From Candidatus Thorarchaeota archaeon (GTDB lineage Archaea; Asgardarchaeota; Thorarchaeia; Thorarchaeales; Thorarchaeaceae): 64,000 bases of DNA. Below, in pieces: positions 50,901-59,900 of the stretch. Made by a program: the position numbers and the translations under genes. The stretch covers positions 147,135-211,134 of the forward strand of contig JAGSHN010000025.1 in NCBI GenBank assembly GCA_029855935.1. Direction: 5' to 3'. Within the stretch, counting starts at the first letter, position 1. Each line of letters begins with the position of its first letter. Under the pieces are notes generated by a model. It had not been told where the DNA came from and did not search any database. It saw only the letters and a list, made by a program, of their open reading frames with translations.

Positions 50901-53264
50901 TCATATCGCGGGACCAACTACACTCTTACCTCCGTCGACGTCGGAGTATATTCGATCACATTCAACGGCACCGATGGGCTCGGGACGTTCCAGATACAGA
51001 TCACCGTGCGAAGATATGGCGTGTTCAACACGACAAGAGACCTGACACTGAACATAGTCGAGACCCCAACGACTATGTCCATTCAAGAGATCCAGTACCT
51101 CTACAATGGGACCGCTGGCAACACCCTCTATCACGATGGAAGCGTTGAGATTCGCGTGTCCGTGCAGGATGTTGACGGACTGGGCGTCGATGGCCTTGTC
51201 GTCAACGTCACAATTGGCGGAGATACTTGGCCGCTCGCACCCCAGGGCGGAGGGTTGTATACAATCACTTTCCAAGGAGATGCTCTTGGCGTCGGCACCC
51301 ATGACTTCACGGTGGCGGCAGACACCTATGGCTACGAGGGAATTTCACAGTCTGACCAGATAGTGGTTGCAGCAGTTCCAACCACCGTGCTGGTGACAAG
51401 TGACGTACCAAGCGTGATAGTGATCAATGCTACTGCCGTCTTCACAATACGGTACGTGGACGCGCACACTCTGGCTCCTATTGCTCCTCAGTCTGTGACT
51501 GTGGACTGGGTGGGAATGCACGACTATTCTGTGACGGGCGACGGGTACGAGTTCAACATCTCGACCCTGATGGTACCGCTGGGGGACAACATTCTCACTA
51601 TCACCTTTGCGCTTGAGAACTACACTAATGCTCAGTACATTCGTGTCGTGAACGTACGTGCTGCATTTACGCTGTTCACGGCCGCTGACAGTCATACCGT
51701 ACCGCAGAACGAGACTGAGGTCTTCACCACAACATACTACGACATCGACCATCAGCGCCCGATTCGTTCTGCGAACGTCACTCTCGCAATCGAGGGTACT
51801 GTATATCCCATGGTCCACGTTGGAGAGGGAACGTATCGTGCTGAGGTATGGGTCAGGCTTGATCCTGGGACGTACACCATCACATTCCACGCCGAGGCGA
51901 CGGGTTGTGCTGCAAACTCCACCACGGTCACACTCACCGTGACCGCAAAGCGTGCTGTGGTGTTGGAGGTACAGGTACCGGAGAACGCTGTTCAGGGCTC
52001 TTCAATCACTGTCAGCGCGACATTGACCGATGAAGATGGCAATCCCATTGTGGGTGCTACCATCATCTTCGAGGTGACTGCTCGTTTCGACAACGGTAGC
52101 GAGATAGCTCAGGTACTGAGCGCCACGACCAATCCCGACGGCTATGCTAGTCAGGCCTACCAGGTGCCGCAGGCCGCCACCGAGCTGGTAGTAGAGGCGA
52201 CATTCAGAGGAACGTATCTCTATTGGAGCGCCTCCGTTCATTCACAGGTCATTCAAGTACATCCACCGGGGCTCAGTGAGAACCTAGTACGTACAGTGCA
52301 ATTTGGGTTACCATTCATCCTCCTTGTGGGAGCCGCCTACCTAGTCTACACCAAGAAGCACAGGCCGAGCAGGGAGCGCAAAGAGAAACGACTGCGGGAA
52401 CAGTACGAGAGATTCAAGGAACTATGCACCCTGAGACACTTTATGGCCGTCTACCGAGATAGGGGTACCTGCGTGTTCTACTACCCGTTCACGGAGGAGA
52501 GGATTCAGCCTGACCTGATCAGTGGGTTCATCACAGCGATAACAACAGTCTACGGTGAGATCAAGGGCGATGGCGTACAGGGCACGCTCGAGGAGATTCA
52601 GTACAAGGGACTGATACTCAACGCGTACAGTGGGAAGTATATCCTTGGAGTAATCATAATGGAGGGAGAGATGACCGGGTTCCTCAGGGACAGACTAAGA
52701 TTCTTTGTGGACATATTCGAGTCGCAGTACGAGGACATCCTGAAGGACTGGAGCGGCTGTGTTGACGACTTTGACGCCGAGTGGGTTGTTTCCACGCTTC
52801 ACAACGCGATCAACTACGACTGGGCCTTGCCTCATACTCTCAACAGGGCGGCCAAGACGAAGGGCGTGGAGAGGAAGGTTGTCGGGATCATAGCAGAACG
52901 ACTGAACGAGAGAGGAGAGTTCCACATCAAGGACATCCTGCCCGATGTCGCACAGAAACTGAAGGTGTCGGAGGAGGAGGCCCTCAACATTCTTCTCAAG
53001 ATGCACGATGAGGGCATCATTCAACCCATCAGTATCAGTACAATCGTCACTCGCCAAGGCCTCGGTATCCCAGGAGAGGGCGAAGGGGAGGCGCTGAAGA
53101 TAGTTCCCCCCGAGAGCGAGAACACTGAGCAGGAAGAGGAGCACAGGACGACGGAGGAGGACACCGAGAGCGAGCCTCGTGAAGATGATGCCGAGCAGTT
53201 CATTGAAGAGGTGGAACGCCTCCTGAGAGAGAAGTCCGACAATGACGAACAGCAGACTGACTGA
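47958..53264 (+). CDS. Giant single-pass surface glycoprotein: Ig-like repeats outside, longin-like plus winged-helix domain inside
   Basis: Signal peptide; many NxS/T sequons; roughly 100-aa beta-rich repeats (D..G.PI.GA.V...G.Y.I.....G.Y...V.A...GY); TM helix FGLPFILLVGAAYLVY; basic stop-transfer; then GTCVFY...PDLISGFITAI. Confidence 0.85.
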   Translation: MKRALIVATVLVLVMVLAPVQESPVRVLPSKTIPAIVPQGRGMEKAVGSAGGQGQPTQAIEYFATQMTSQRVSIMNSYSNTSYHSGVIDLSGHQISGWTLYRVTMDVSNITAAPERESVTDPDPAQNTVGNVFRIYYDSDTALTTDALAQGFYSDQPFDGALVNYSIRYWTLIYNPATYGTAYFVVRSDYSDSTSNVTNPVAVQYVTTNTTANITCSLNLLNASTTYYALIDGESLHSAFGVFPDIMWHYQSKATDTLDSRKHLRGGGWPQINSYDAYLLYTFIPWNRTTGTPLDLTGRPDQVDLRANGTLLSAPEAGASSTPDWEFTSPTGENITFIRFTSNQSVYVFHDLTLWYRRITNSDTIWSVSSPGGSVQWNATMAVSYPSVPSKTGQYVNLSVPADWDATGLYEQSAPATNHTQFDQYGTTVVASSMSDGTWTLVSSAPNYVASIDSVSEAVITSNVTIRNYIQDSSSVNASTGSTNLTVSKTGATVWAPQNETVIDGVTTYVWVISNWTTEGGTYLVEVYWANGTEAGFRSVEIHVYIPTSLYATTPTISAYVDSSFDIEVFFNDTFTPEGLNGTRATVQYSFDGGSNTTMGDLGNGTWTATVSTVGMSPGDYEVTVFGTGSYLENHSIVIDVTLVYSTAPLEITWTNGDNITYYQTTTLQVNYTLQNGTAVSGAWVNVTIGGTTWNLTYNGLLGLYEIQLNGSDPVPGIGTYSVSVSAWRVDYESQTNSTLTFTIRPEPTNITVSWTSATFDWTDSRTLVVNYTDSYGTPISGATQLQVLVNGTEYSLQPSGNVYQIVFNNSFDLGHHIVSVNISKYGYVPGTQEGITFDITETVTTLTVTWFPADVVVPYTSDLVLTVDYYYAGGDVPATATVNVSIDGNRYNLTYDGAVWSVAIPASNLGFGQFNATVFAWLYGYEARTNVTYNVTVVVATLTISTTWTSLDLYYTHQGPLNVTVTDQLGSPVFGAEVNASYRGTNYTLTSVDVGVYSITFNGTDGLGTFQIQITVRRYGVFNTTRDLTLNIVETPTTMSIQEIQYLYNGTAGNTLYHDGSVEIRVSVQDVDGLGVDGLVVNVTIGGDTWPLAPQGGGLYTITFQGDALGVGTHDFTVAADTYGYEGISQSDQIVVAAVPTTVLVTSDVPSVIVINATAVFTIRYVDAHTLAPIAPQSVTVDWVGMHDYSVTGDGYEFNISTLMVPLGDNILTITFALENYTNAQYIRVVNVRAAFTLFTAADSHTVPQNETEVFTTTYYDIDHQRPIRSANVTLAIEGTVYPMVHVGEGTYRAEVWVRLDPGTYTITFHAEATGCAANSTTVTLTVTAKRAVVLEVQVPENAVQGSSITVSATLTDEDGNPIVGATIIFEVTARFDNGSEIAQVLSATTNPDGYASQAYQVPQAATELVVEATFRGTYLYWSASVHSQVIQVHPPGLSENLVRTVQFGLPFILLVGAAYLVYTKKHRPSRERKEKRLREQYERFKELCTLRHFMAVYRDRGTCVFYYPFTEERIQPDLISGFITAITTVYGEIKGDGVQGTLEEIQYKGLILNAYSGKYILGVIIMEGEMTGFLRDRLRFFVDIFESQYEDILKDWSGCVDDFDAEWVVSTLHNAINYDWALPHTLNRAAKTKGVERKVVGIIAERLNERGEFHIKDILPDVAQKLKVSEEEALNILLKMHDEGIIQPISISTIVTRQGLGIPGEGEGEALKIVPPESENTEQEEEHRTTEEDTESEPREDDAEQFIEEVERLLREKSDNDEQQTD

Positions 53265-53381
53265 TGCCGCCGGACGGCCAGCCAGTTCAGACCCGTCACG
53301 GGTACAATGAGGGGCTCAGTACCCCCTTCAGAGAACACTTATCAAGAGGCAGTCGCAACGCGCAAGTCGGTGGTCACGGCT

Positions 53382-53759
53382 TTGCCTTGGAACATCGAGA
53401 ACTACTACATATTGGGCGGGCGCGTGCTATGCATTGAGATCACCATTCCCCTGATTGACTTCATCTACATCAACATAGACGATGTCAAACAGGCATGGAT
53501 TGACCTTCTTCGAGAGGTTGTCCAGGAGGAGCCGGGGCTGGAAGTATCGTGGGAGATGGTCCCGAGAGAGAAGGACGCACTGGTCACTATCCGCATAGCC
53601 AAAAAGGGAGAACTGGAAAGATTCACCAGCGGAGAGATCTCAAGGGCACTGGGCGTAACAGATGCGCTCGCAGCGGAGGAAGAGAAGACTGCATCTGGCA
53701 AGAAGTCCACGAAGAAGAAGAAGACAGCAGCCGCACGTAGGAAGACATCCAAGAAGTAG
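53382..53759 (+). CDS. Hypothetical protein with a Lys-rich C-terminal tail
   Basis: Gene-like ORF filling the gap; the TTG start at 53382 is uncertain. Confidence 0.55.
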   Translation: MPWNIENYYILGGRVLCIEITIPLIDFIYINIDDVKQAWIDLLREVVQEEPGLEVSWEMVPREKDALVTIRIAKKGELERFTSGEISRALGVTDALAAEEEKTASGKKSTKKKKTAAARRKTSKK

Positions 53760-53823
53760 GGTCAGCGCAGAACGGTGTGTGGAGTGTCCTGCAAAGGGAC
53801 TGACAAAGGGTGAGGACAGTCTG

Positions 53824-54534
53824 ATGAACAGGACAGATGTCATTGCAATCTCTTCAGTCGTCGTCATCATCCTCTACTGGATAGTCACGCTGATTGTTCC
53901 GACCATAGTGAGCCCAGTCGTGACCTTGTACCACCTGTTGATTGAAATTGCTCTTGCGATGGGCTACACTGGCGACTTCTTTGTCTGTCTTGTGGGCAAC
54001 GCCACTGTTCTTGTTCCCTTCCCATACCTCAGCATTCCGTTTGTCCTCGGCGGCCTGACAGACTCTTCAGGAGCATACCTCTTCGACCCGTACCTTGTAG
54101 GAATAGTGGGCGGAACCGGCGCACTCATAGGCGAGATGACAGGGTACCTAGCAGGCTATGTCGGAGGGGAGCTGGTGGAGGAGGACCGTCGGTCGGTGCT
54201 CAGAGAGATGGCGGAGGCACATCCGTGGGCCACCCCCGTGATACTGTGGCTCCTCGCTGTCACTCCTCTCCCTGATGATGTTCTCATAGTGCCACTCGGA
54301 GTCTCCCGCTACTCGTGGTGGCGTGTTGTGATCCCACAGTTCGTAGGGAAGACCATGTTCATCACAGCTGTTGCCATTGCTGGAAGGCTCGGGCTCAGCT
54401 GGGCCGATCAACTGGTGGGAACAGTTGCGTCAGGTGGCGTTGTCGGAAGGTCAATTGAGGCAATGGGCCTCATTACTCTCGTAGTCGTCATCTACCTGCT
54501 GGTCAGTCGCGACTGGATGCCGCAGACGCGATAG
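53824..54534 (+). CDS. DedA/VTT (SNARE-associated) domain membrane protein
   Basis: GALIGEMTGYLAG, TPLPDD and GK motifs; hydrophobic profile. Confidence 0.85.
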   Translation: MNRTDVIAISSVVVIILYWIVTLIVPTIVSPVVTLYHLLIEIALAMGYTGDFFVCLVGNATVLVPFPYLSIPFVLGGLTDSSGAYLFDPYLVGIVGGTGALIGEMTGYLAGYVGGELVEEDRRSVLREMAEAHPWATPVILWLLAVTPLPDDVLIVPLGVSRYSWWRVVIPQFVGKTMFITAVAIAGRLGLSWADQLVGTVASGGVVGRSIEAMGLITLVVVIYLLVSRDWMPQTR

Positions 54535-54592
54535 GATATGATTGGAGGAGAGTGGAGGACTCCCCGTCCGCACTGCCAAGCGCGTAGCATCT

Positions 54593-54982
54593 CTACGCTG
54601 GCCGGAAGCCCAGATACATGCGGCCAGTCTGGCCAGTCTCGTAATCGAGCCTGAGCGGCATTCCGAGCTGTACCTTCTCGGGCTGATCTGGATCAAGACC
54701 AAGGAGCCGCGCTGTCACACGAGTCCCCTCCTCGAGCTCCACGATGCCCACGAAGTAGGGAGCCTCGTCCTTGAACTGCTCGGGCGCAACGTGGATGACT
54801 GTGAACGAGATGAGCTTCCCGCGACCGCTGACCTTGGCCCATTCCAGCTCGTTGCTGCCACAGGAATAGCACACGCCTTTCGGTGGCGCTATCATTGCGC
54901 CACACTTCTTGCACCTGAAGACGTGAAAGTCGCGCTCCTGGATGAACTTCTGGTACTGCTCTATTGTCGGCCTCTCGCTCAT
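54593..54982 (-). CDS. DUF35 (Zn-ribbon plus OB-fold) protein
   Basis: CKKC...CYSC, GKLISFTVIH, PY and VELEEG motifs. Confidence 0.9.
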   Translation of the reverse strand: MSERPTIEQYQKFIQERDFHVFRCKKCGAMIAPPKGVCYSCGSNELEWAKVSGRGKLISFTVIHVAPEQFKDEAPYFVGIVELEEGTRVTARLLGLDPDQPEKVQLGMPLRLDYETGQTGRMYLGFRPA

Positions 54983-56151
54983 GCGTCAGCCCTCCTCATA
55001 ATGTTCACGACACAGGTAGCCCCTGTGCCGCCAAAGTTGTGCATCAGTCCCACATCATGGTTCGGCACTTGGTTTGCTCCCGCCTCGCCAATGAGTTCCC
55101 TGTAGATGACCACAGCCTGCTTCACACCAGTGGCGCCGACCGGATGACCGACTGCCTTCAGTCCGCCCATCGGGTTGATGGGCATATCACCATCCATGGC
55201 TGTGACACCTTCGCGCACGGCCTTTGCACCCTCACCTGGCTTGAAGAAGCCGAGGTCCTCAGTGGCGATTATCTCGGCGATTGTGAAGCAGTCGTGGACC
55301 ACTGCAACGTCAATGTCCTTGGGAGTCAGGCCAGCCATCTCGTAGGCAATCCGGGCGGCTCGGACTGATCCCTCAAATGATGTCAGCTCTGTGCGGTCAC
55401 ACAAGTTCATCGACGCGGAGGCCTGCCCAGTGCCGACTATCCTGATCGGTGTATCGGTGTATTTCTTCGCCTTCTCGCGATTCGTCAACACCACCGCTGC
55501 AGCACCATCGGAGATCGGGGAGCAGTCGAAGAGCTTCAGAGGCCACGCAACATAGCGCGGTGTCATTGCCTTTTCAAGCGTGATCTCCTTTTGGAACTGG
55601 GCAAGCGGATTCTTTGCTGCGTTCTTGTGAGCCTTCACTGCAACGAGCGCCATATCCTCCTCCGTGGTACCGTATTTCTGCATATGCGCTACTGCTGCAA
55701 TGGCAAAGACGCCTGGGAAGGTGAGTCCCATGCTGGACTCGAACTCGTCATCTGCGGCCGCAGCAAGAGCCTCTGTCGCCTTGTTTGTAGAAACCGAGGT
55801 CATCTTCTCGGCCGCAGCAACAAGGACCGTGTCGTACAGCCCTGACTCAATGGCCATAATCCCAGCACGTAGCGCTGTGGCACCGGAAGCGCACGCGGCC
55901 TCGTGGCGTGTTGCTGGCAGACCCCTCAGTCCTGCATAGTCTACGAGGAGTGGAGCCGTGTGTCCCTGATGTACGAGCATCTCCGGAATGAACGTGCCAA
56001 TGAAGGCGGCCTGAATGTCCTCCTTCGCAATACCAGCGTCGACTGTCGCCTTGTCGACCGCCTCGGCAAACATCTCGCGGAGTGTGATTCCTTCGAGCTT
56101 GCCGAACTTTGTCTGCGCACCACTCACAATGTGTGTCTCTCTAAGCGGCAA
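54979..56151 (-). CDS. Thiolase-domain protein (second paralog)
   Basis: EAACASG, HDCF, GHPVGATG and HNFGG motifs; overlaps the DUF35 start. Confidence 0.92.
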   Translation of the reverse strand: MPLRETHIVSGAQTKFGKLEGITLREMFAEAVDKATVDAGIAKEDIQAAFIGTFIPEMLVHQGHTAPLLVDYAGLRGLPATRHEAACASGATALRAGIMAIESGLYDTVLVAAAEKMTSVSTNKATEALAAAADDEFESSMGLTFPGVFAIAAVAHMQKYGTTEEDMALVAVKAHKNAAKNPLAQFQKEITLEKAMTPRYVAWPLKLFDCSPISDGAAAVVLTNREKAKKYTDTPIRIVGTGQASASMNLCDRTELTSFEGSVRAARIAYEMAGLTPKDIDVAVVHDCFTIAEIIATEDLGFFKPGEGAKAVREGVTAMDGDMPINPMGGLKAVGHPVGATGVKQAVVIYRELIGEAGANQVPNHDVGLMHNFGGTGATCVVNIMRRADA

Positions 56152-56326
56152 CGTGTTCTCCACCTGTCTAGACGGATATGAAACCACGCCAAGATGCGAG
56201 ATATAAAGACAATGGCCTATCCGTTGTGAGCAGAGCCGACAACCCGCCCGCTCAGCACGGAACGAACGATACTGCATGGGTCAGGATCGCGGGTGGTGAC
56301 CTTCAGCGGCTGTATATGGGAGAGCA

Positions 56327-56941
56327 TCAGGACCTCTGCGACCCCTCACCACGATGAGTGGCAATTACGACTATACCCACGAAGAGAAGAGAACCAAAGA
56401 CCGTATACCACTCCGTTATCGGACCCCCAATAGTGAGTGATATAGCGAAACTGGACAGGTCGAACAACAGTCCATAGATGGCGAAGAGCTTGGGGAACGC
56501 GGCGTTGAATAGTAGCGCCAGGCTGATTGTAGCAAGCATGAAGAAGTTGAGGAGAAAGAACGTCGCCGACGCAGCCATATGAGGCGCACCCGTGTCCTCA
56601 GAGTACACGCCAATCATCACGAGAGCGATTGCCGCAAGGACCCCGAGGACTTGACCGAGGAGGAGCAGTGCATCCACAGGACGCCGACCTGTCCACCAAT
56701 ATCTCAGACCAAGAAAGAAGGGGAACAAGGCAACTCCCGTGAGGACGCATCCGATGTTGTAGAAGTAGCCTCCAAATGGGCTGTAGAGCAGATCCCCGAG
56801 ACGGCTGAGGTAGTTCTCGGTCGGCCAGTACGCTCCGGGAAAGAGGGCCCAAGAGGTAAGGGTAAAGCATACATACAGGACTATCGTCAGCAGGCCACCC
56901 ACAATGAGCATCCTGGGTCGCTCAAATATGGAGAGGTCCAT
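56327..56941 (-). CDS. DUF998-like membrane protein
   Basis: NYLSRLG, FYN, GVYSE and H...EW motifs with about 6 TM segments. Confidence 0.7.
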   Translation of the reverse strand: MDLSIFERPRMLIVGGLLTIVLYVCFTLTSWALFPGAYWPTENYLSRLGDLLYSPFGGYFYNIGCVLTGVALFPFFLGLRYWWTGRRPVDALLLLGQVLGVLAAIALVMIGVYSEDTGAPHMAASATFFLLNFFMLATISLALLFNAAFPKLFAIYGLLFDLSSFAISLTIGGPITEWYTVFGSLLFVGIVVIATHRGEGSQRS

Positions 56942-57148
56942 ATGACCACCAGAATGAGAAGGACGAAGCGGCGCCATAAAGCCATATTGCAACTCAAGTG
57001 TTGGCGACGAAGAGAGCCCGAGGTATTGCACAGGTCGTCTGTCGTGGCGTCATATGGTGCCAGCACGCTCTGACCTGTCACTGAGAACTGTTTTAAGGTG
57101 GGAGAAGTTGCTGGGGGTCCAGTGCTCAACAAGAAGGGAGCGATCAAT

Positions 57149-58351
57149 ATGGACTTCAAACTGTCACAGGAAGAGCAAGAGATCTGGGAACGGGCCAAGG
57201 AATTCACACGAGAGTACATCACTCCCAAGGCTCACAAGCTCGAGAAGAGAGACGAGTTCCCGAAGGACGTAGTCCAGAAGGCCTACGAGGCGGGCCTGAT
57301 GAACCTCCACATCCCGAGGGAGGCCGGAGGCCCGGGACTCTCGCTCCTCGCCGAGACACTGGTCTCAGAGGCCACGGGATACGGTTGTGCAGGAATGGCC
57401 ACCTCGATAATGTGCAACAATCTGGCCTTCGCACCTCTCATCATCGCGGCGACTATTGAGCAGCTCCAAGAGTACATCCAGCCTCTCATAACCGGGAAGG
57501 ACGTGAAGTTCGGAGCATTCTGCCTGACTGAGAGACAGGCCGGGTCGGATGTCAGCGGAATGCAGACGAGAGCAATCCGTGATGGCGATGAGTACGTCAT
57601 CAATGGTACTAAGTGCTGGATAACCAACGGACCAGTGGCGTCTGTCTTCACTGTCTTCGCCTCGACCCAGCCCGAACTCAGGCACAAGGGCATCTCGGTG
57701 TTCATCGTCCCAAAGTCAAAGGGCGTCAAGATTGGGCATATAGAGAACAAGGTCGGGCAGCGCAACTCGGTCCAGAGCGAGGTCATATTCGAGGACGTGC
57801 GGGTCCCCAAGGAGTGCCTTGTGGGCAAGGAGGGAGATGGCTTCAAGATTGCAATGATGACTCTTGACAAGACTAGGGCAGGGATAGCGGCCATCGCCAC
57901 CGGCGTCGCACAGAGGGCAGTCGACGAGGCCGCCAGATTCGCCAATATCCGACACCAGTTTGGTCAGCCAATTGGTAAGTTCCAGGGCATCAGCTTCATG
58001 CTGGCGGATATGGGCGCGAGAGCGTCTGCCGCACGGCTGCTGACAAGGTACGCGGCCTGGCGCGCAGATCAGGGCCTACCCGTATCCAAGGACTCTGCAT
58101 TTGCCAAGGCCTTCGCATCAGATGCTGCGATGAGGAACGCCATCGATGCAGTGCAGATCTTTGGCGGCTACGGCTACATTCAGGAGTACCCCGTGGAGAA
58201 GCTAATGCGTGATGCAAAGCTGCTCCAAATATATGAGGGCACAAACCAGATTCAGAGGATGGTGGCCGGCCGGCAGATCCTCAGGGAGTCAATGAACCTC
58301 GACACGGGATTCCACGTCGAGTACGAGGGTCGGGACGCTCCGCTCATATGA
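57149..58351 (+). CDS. Acyl-CoA dehydrogenase
   Basis: FCLTE..AGSD, NGTKCWITN, R.QFG.PI, GGYGY and IYEGTNQIQR motifs. Confidence 0.96.
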   Translation: MDFKLSQEEQEIWERAKEFTREYITPKAHKLEKRDEFPKDVVQKAYEAGLMNLHIPREAGGPGLSLLAETLVSEATGYGCAGMATSIMCNNLAFAPLIIAATIEQLQEYIQPLITGKDVKFGAFCLTERQAGSDVSGMQTRAIRDGDEYVINGTKCWITNGPVASVFTVFASTQPELRHKGISVFIVPKSKGVKIGHIENKVGQRNSVQSEVIFEDVRVPKECLVGKEGDGFKIAMMTLDKTRAGIAAIATGVAQRAVDEAARFANIRHQFGQPIGKFQGISFMLADMGARASAARLLTRYAAWRADQGLPVSKDSAFAKAFASDAAMRNAIDAVQIFGGYGYIQEYPVEKLMRDAKLLQIYEGTNQIQRMVAGRQILRESMNLDTGFHVEYEGRDAPLI

Positions 58352-58564
58352 TGGACGGTGCAGGTTGGCGCGAGGCCCATATGGGGCCTCTCACTCTCAC
58401 CTATTCTCTGGGACACAGCGCCATCGATGTCTGTAAGATGCCCCACGACTTGACCATCACGTCCCCCAGCAAGTCTTGACAAGTCCGGCCCTCAGGTGCG
58501 TCTGTGAGCGGTCGCCAATCACTTAAAAGGGCGTTAGACCTTGCCGGCTCATTAGTGATGGAGC

Positions 58565-59317
58565 ATGGCCAAGTTGGAAGACAATGAGTTCATCCGCTTG
58601 ATAAAGGCCAGACGAGCCATCCGAGACTATGACACCGAGCGAGATGTGCCAGACGAGCTCATCTACAAGATAATAGAGGCGGGAGGCTTTGCTCCCAGTG
58701 CCGAGAACCAGCAACCGTGGCGGATCATAGTAGTCAGGGACAAGGAGATCCAAGAGTTTATCGGCCAGATTGCAGTGGACCGGACAATTCTCCTCTTCGG
58801 GAGAGCCACGCCTCGTCAGGAGCTAGAGCGCAGGCTCGGTTACATAAAGTCCAAGGCCAGTCTGGAGAGGACGATCGAGATACTGATAACGGGGCGGCGT
58901 TTCGAGTACATTAAGGGCAAGCCGGAGACCAACGGCGCACCTGTGCTGCTTGTTCTCGCCGTTGACCAGACACATGTGGGCAACTCCCAGCCGACGCTCC
59001 GTGGCACTGGTGGCGTCTACGGCTGGTCGGCACCGCGACACGCCTACATCGCAGGAGGGATGATGATGCAGAACATGATGCTTGCCGCAGCGTCACTTGG
59101 ACTCGGTACCTGCGTCTCATCCGTGCAGCTCGATCATTTCGATGATGTGAGAGCAATCAGCGAGAAGCTGGGAATACCATTCCCACACTGGCTGCCCATC
59201 CTGTGTCTGACTGTGGGCTATCCCAAGTACGAGAGAACGCTGGGACCACCTCGACAGCCTCCTGAAGAGATTGCATTCCTCAACAGGTGGGGCGAACCAT
59301 TCAGACTCAAGGAGTGA
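58565..59317 (+). CDS. Nitroreductase family protein
   Basis: RRAIRDY, APSAENQQPW, QNMMLAAASLGLGTC and VGYP motifs. Confidence 0.9.
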   Translation: MAKLEDNEFIRLIKARRAIRDYDTERDVPDELIYKIIEAGGFAPSAENQQPWRIIVVRDKEIQEFIGQIAVDRTILLFGRATPRQELERRLGYIKSKASLERTIEILITGRRFEYIKGKPETNGAPVLLVLAVDQTHVGNSQPTLRGTGGVYGWSAPRHAYIAGGMMMQNMMLAAASLGLGTCVSSVQLDHFDDVRAISEKLGIPFPHWLPILCLTVGYPKYERTLGPPRQPPEEIAFLNRWGEPFRLKE

Positions 59318-59874
59318 TGAACAAGATGGACGAACTGGAGATACTCCGAAAGGGCTTTGTCGCGTTCCTCGATGGACTCTGGTGGGGCCTCAGAGACAAC
59401 GTGGGTGCCCTGTCTATGTACGAGGGATATGCCCGCGGCTTCCGGCAGATGGGCGAAGAGATCGCGGAACAGATGGGTGGTGACGGCCCCGAGGCTGCGG
59501 CTGGAATCGCGGTCAAGATAATGAGAGCCATAGGACTGGATGCTGAGCAGCAGGGCACTGAGGTCGTCGTCAAGTCCTGTCCTGTCTGGAACAGGATTCT
59601 CAATCGCGGACTGGAGTACGCATTTCACGTGGAGAAGATCTGCTGGGGGCCTCTCCTCAACGGAATAGGTGACAAGACAGGCGCGACTGCGATCATCAAG
59701 TCATCCCTCAGGCTAGCGCACGTGGAGCGTTCGAAGGCCGAGTACAAGAAACAGAAGGCGAAGAAGGCATTGGACTCTGGCCTCATCTCCGAGGAGGAAT
59801 ACCAGAAGCAAATAGATATGATGGACAAGAGGCTCAGCAGCATCGTGGACGAAGGACGATACGCCTTCGAATGA
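59317..59874 (+). CDS. DUF6125/V4R-like protein with a C-terminal SHOCT-like helix
   Basis: DGLWW motif, CP...C, and C-terminal LDSGLISEEEY. Confidence 0.5.
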   Translation: MNKMDELEILRKGFVAFLDGLWWGLRDNVGALSMYEGYARGFRQMGEEIAEQMGGDGPEAAAGIAVKIMRAIGLDAEQQGTEVVVKSCPVWNRILNRGLEYAFHVEKICWGPLLNGIGDKTGATAIIKSSLRLAHVERSKAEYKKQKAKKALDSGLISEEEYQKQIDMMDKRLSSIVDEGRYAFE

Positions 59875-59900
59875 CCACAGGCCACGGATGAGGATGACGC

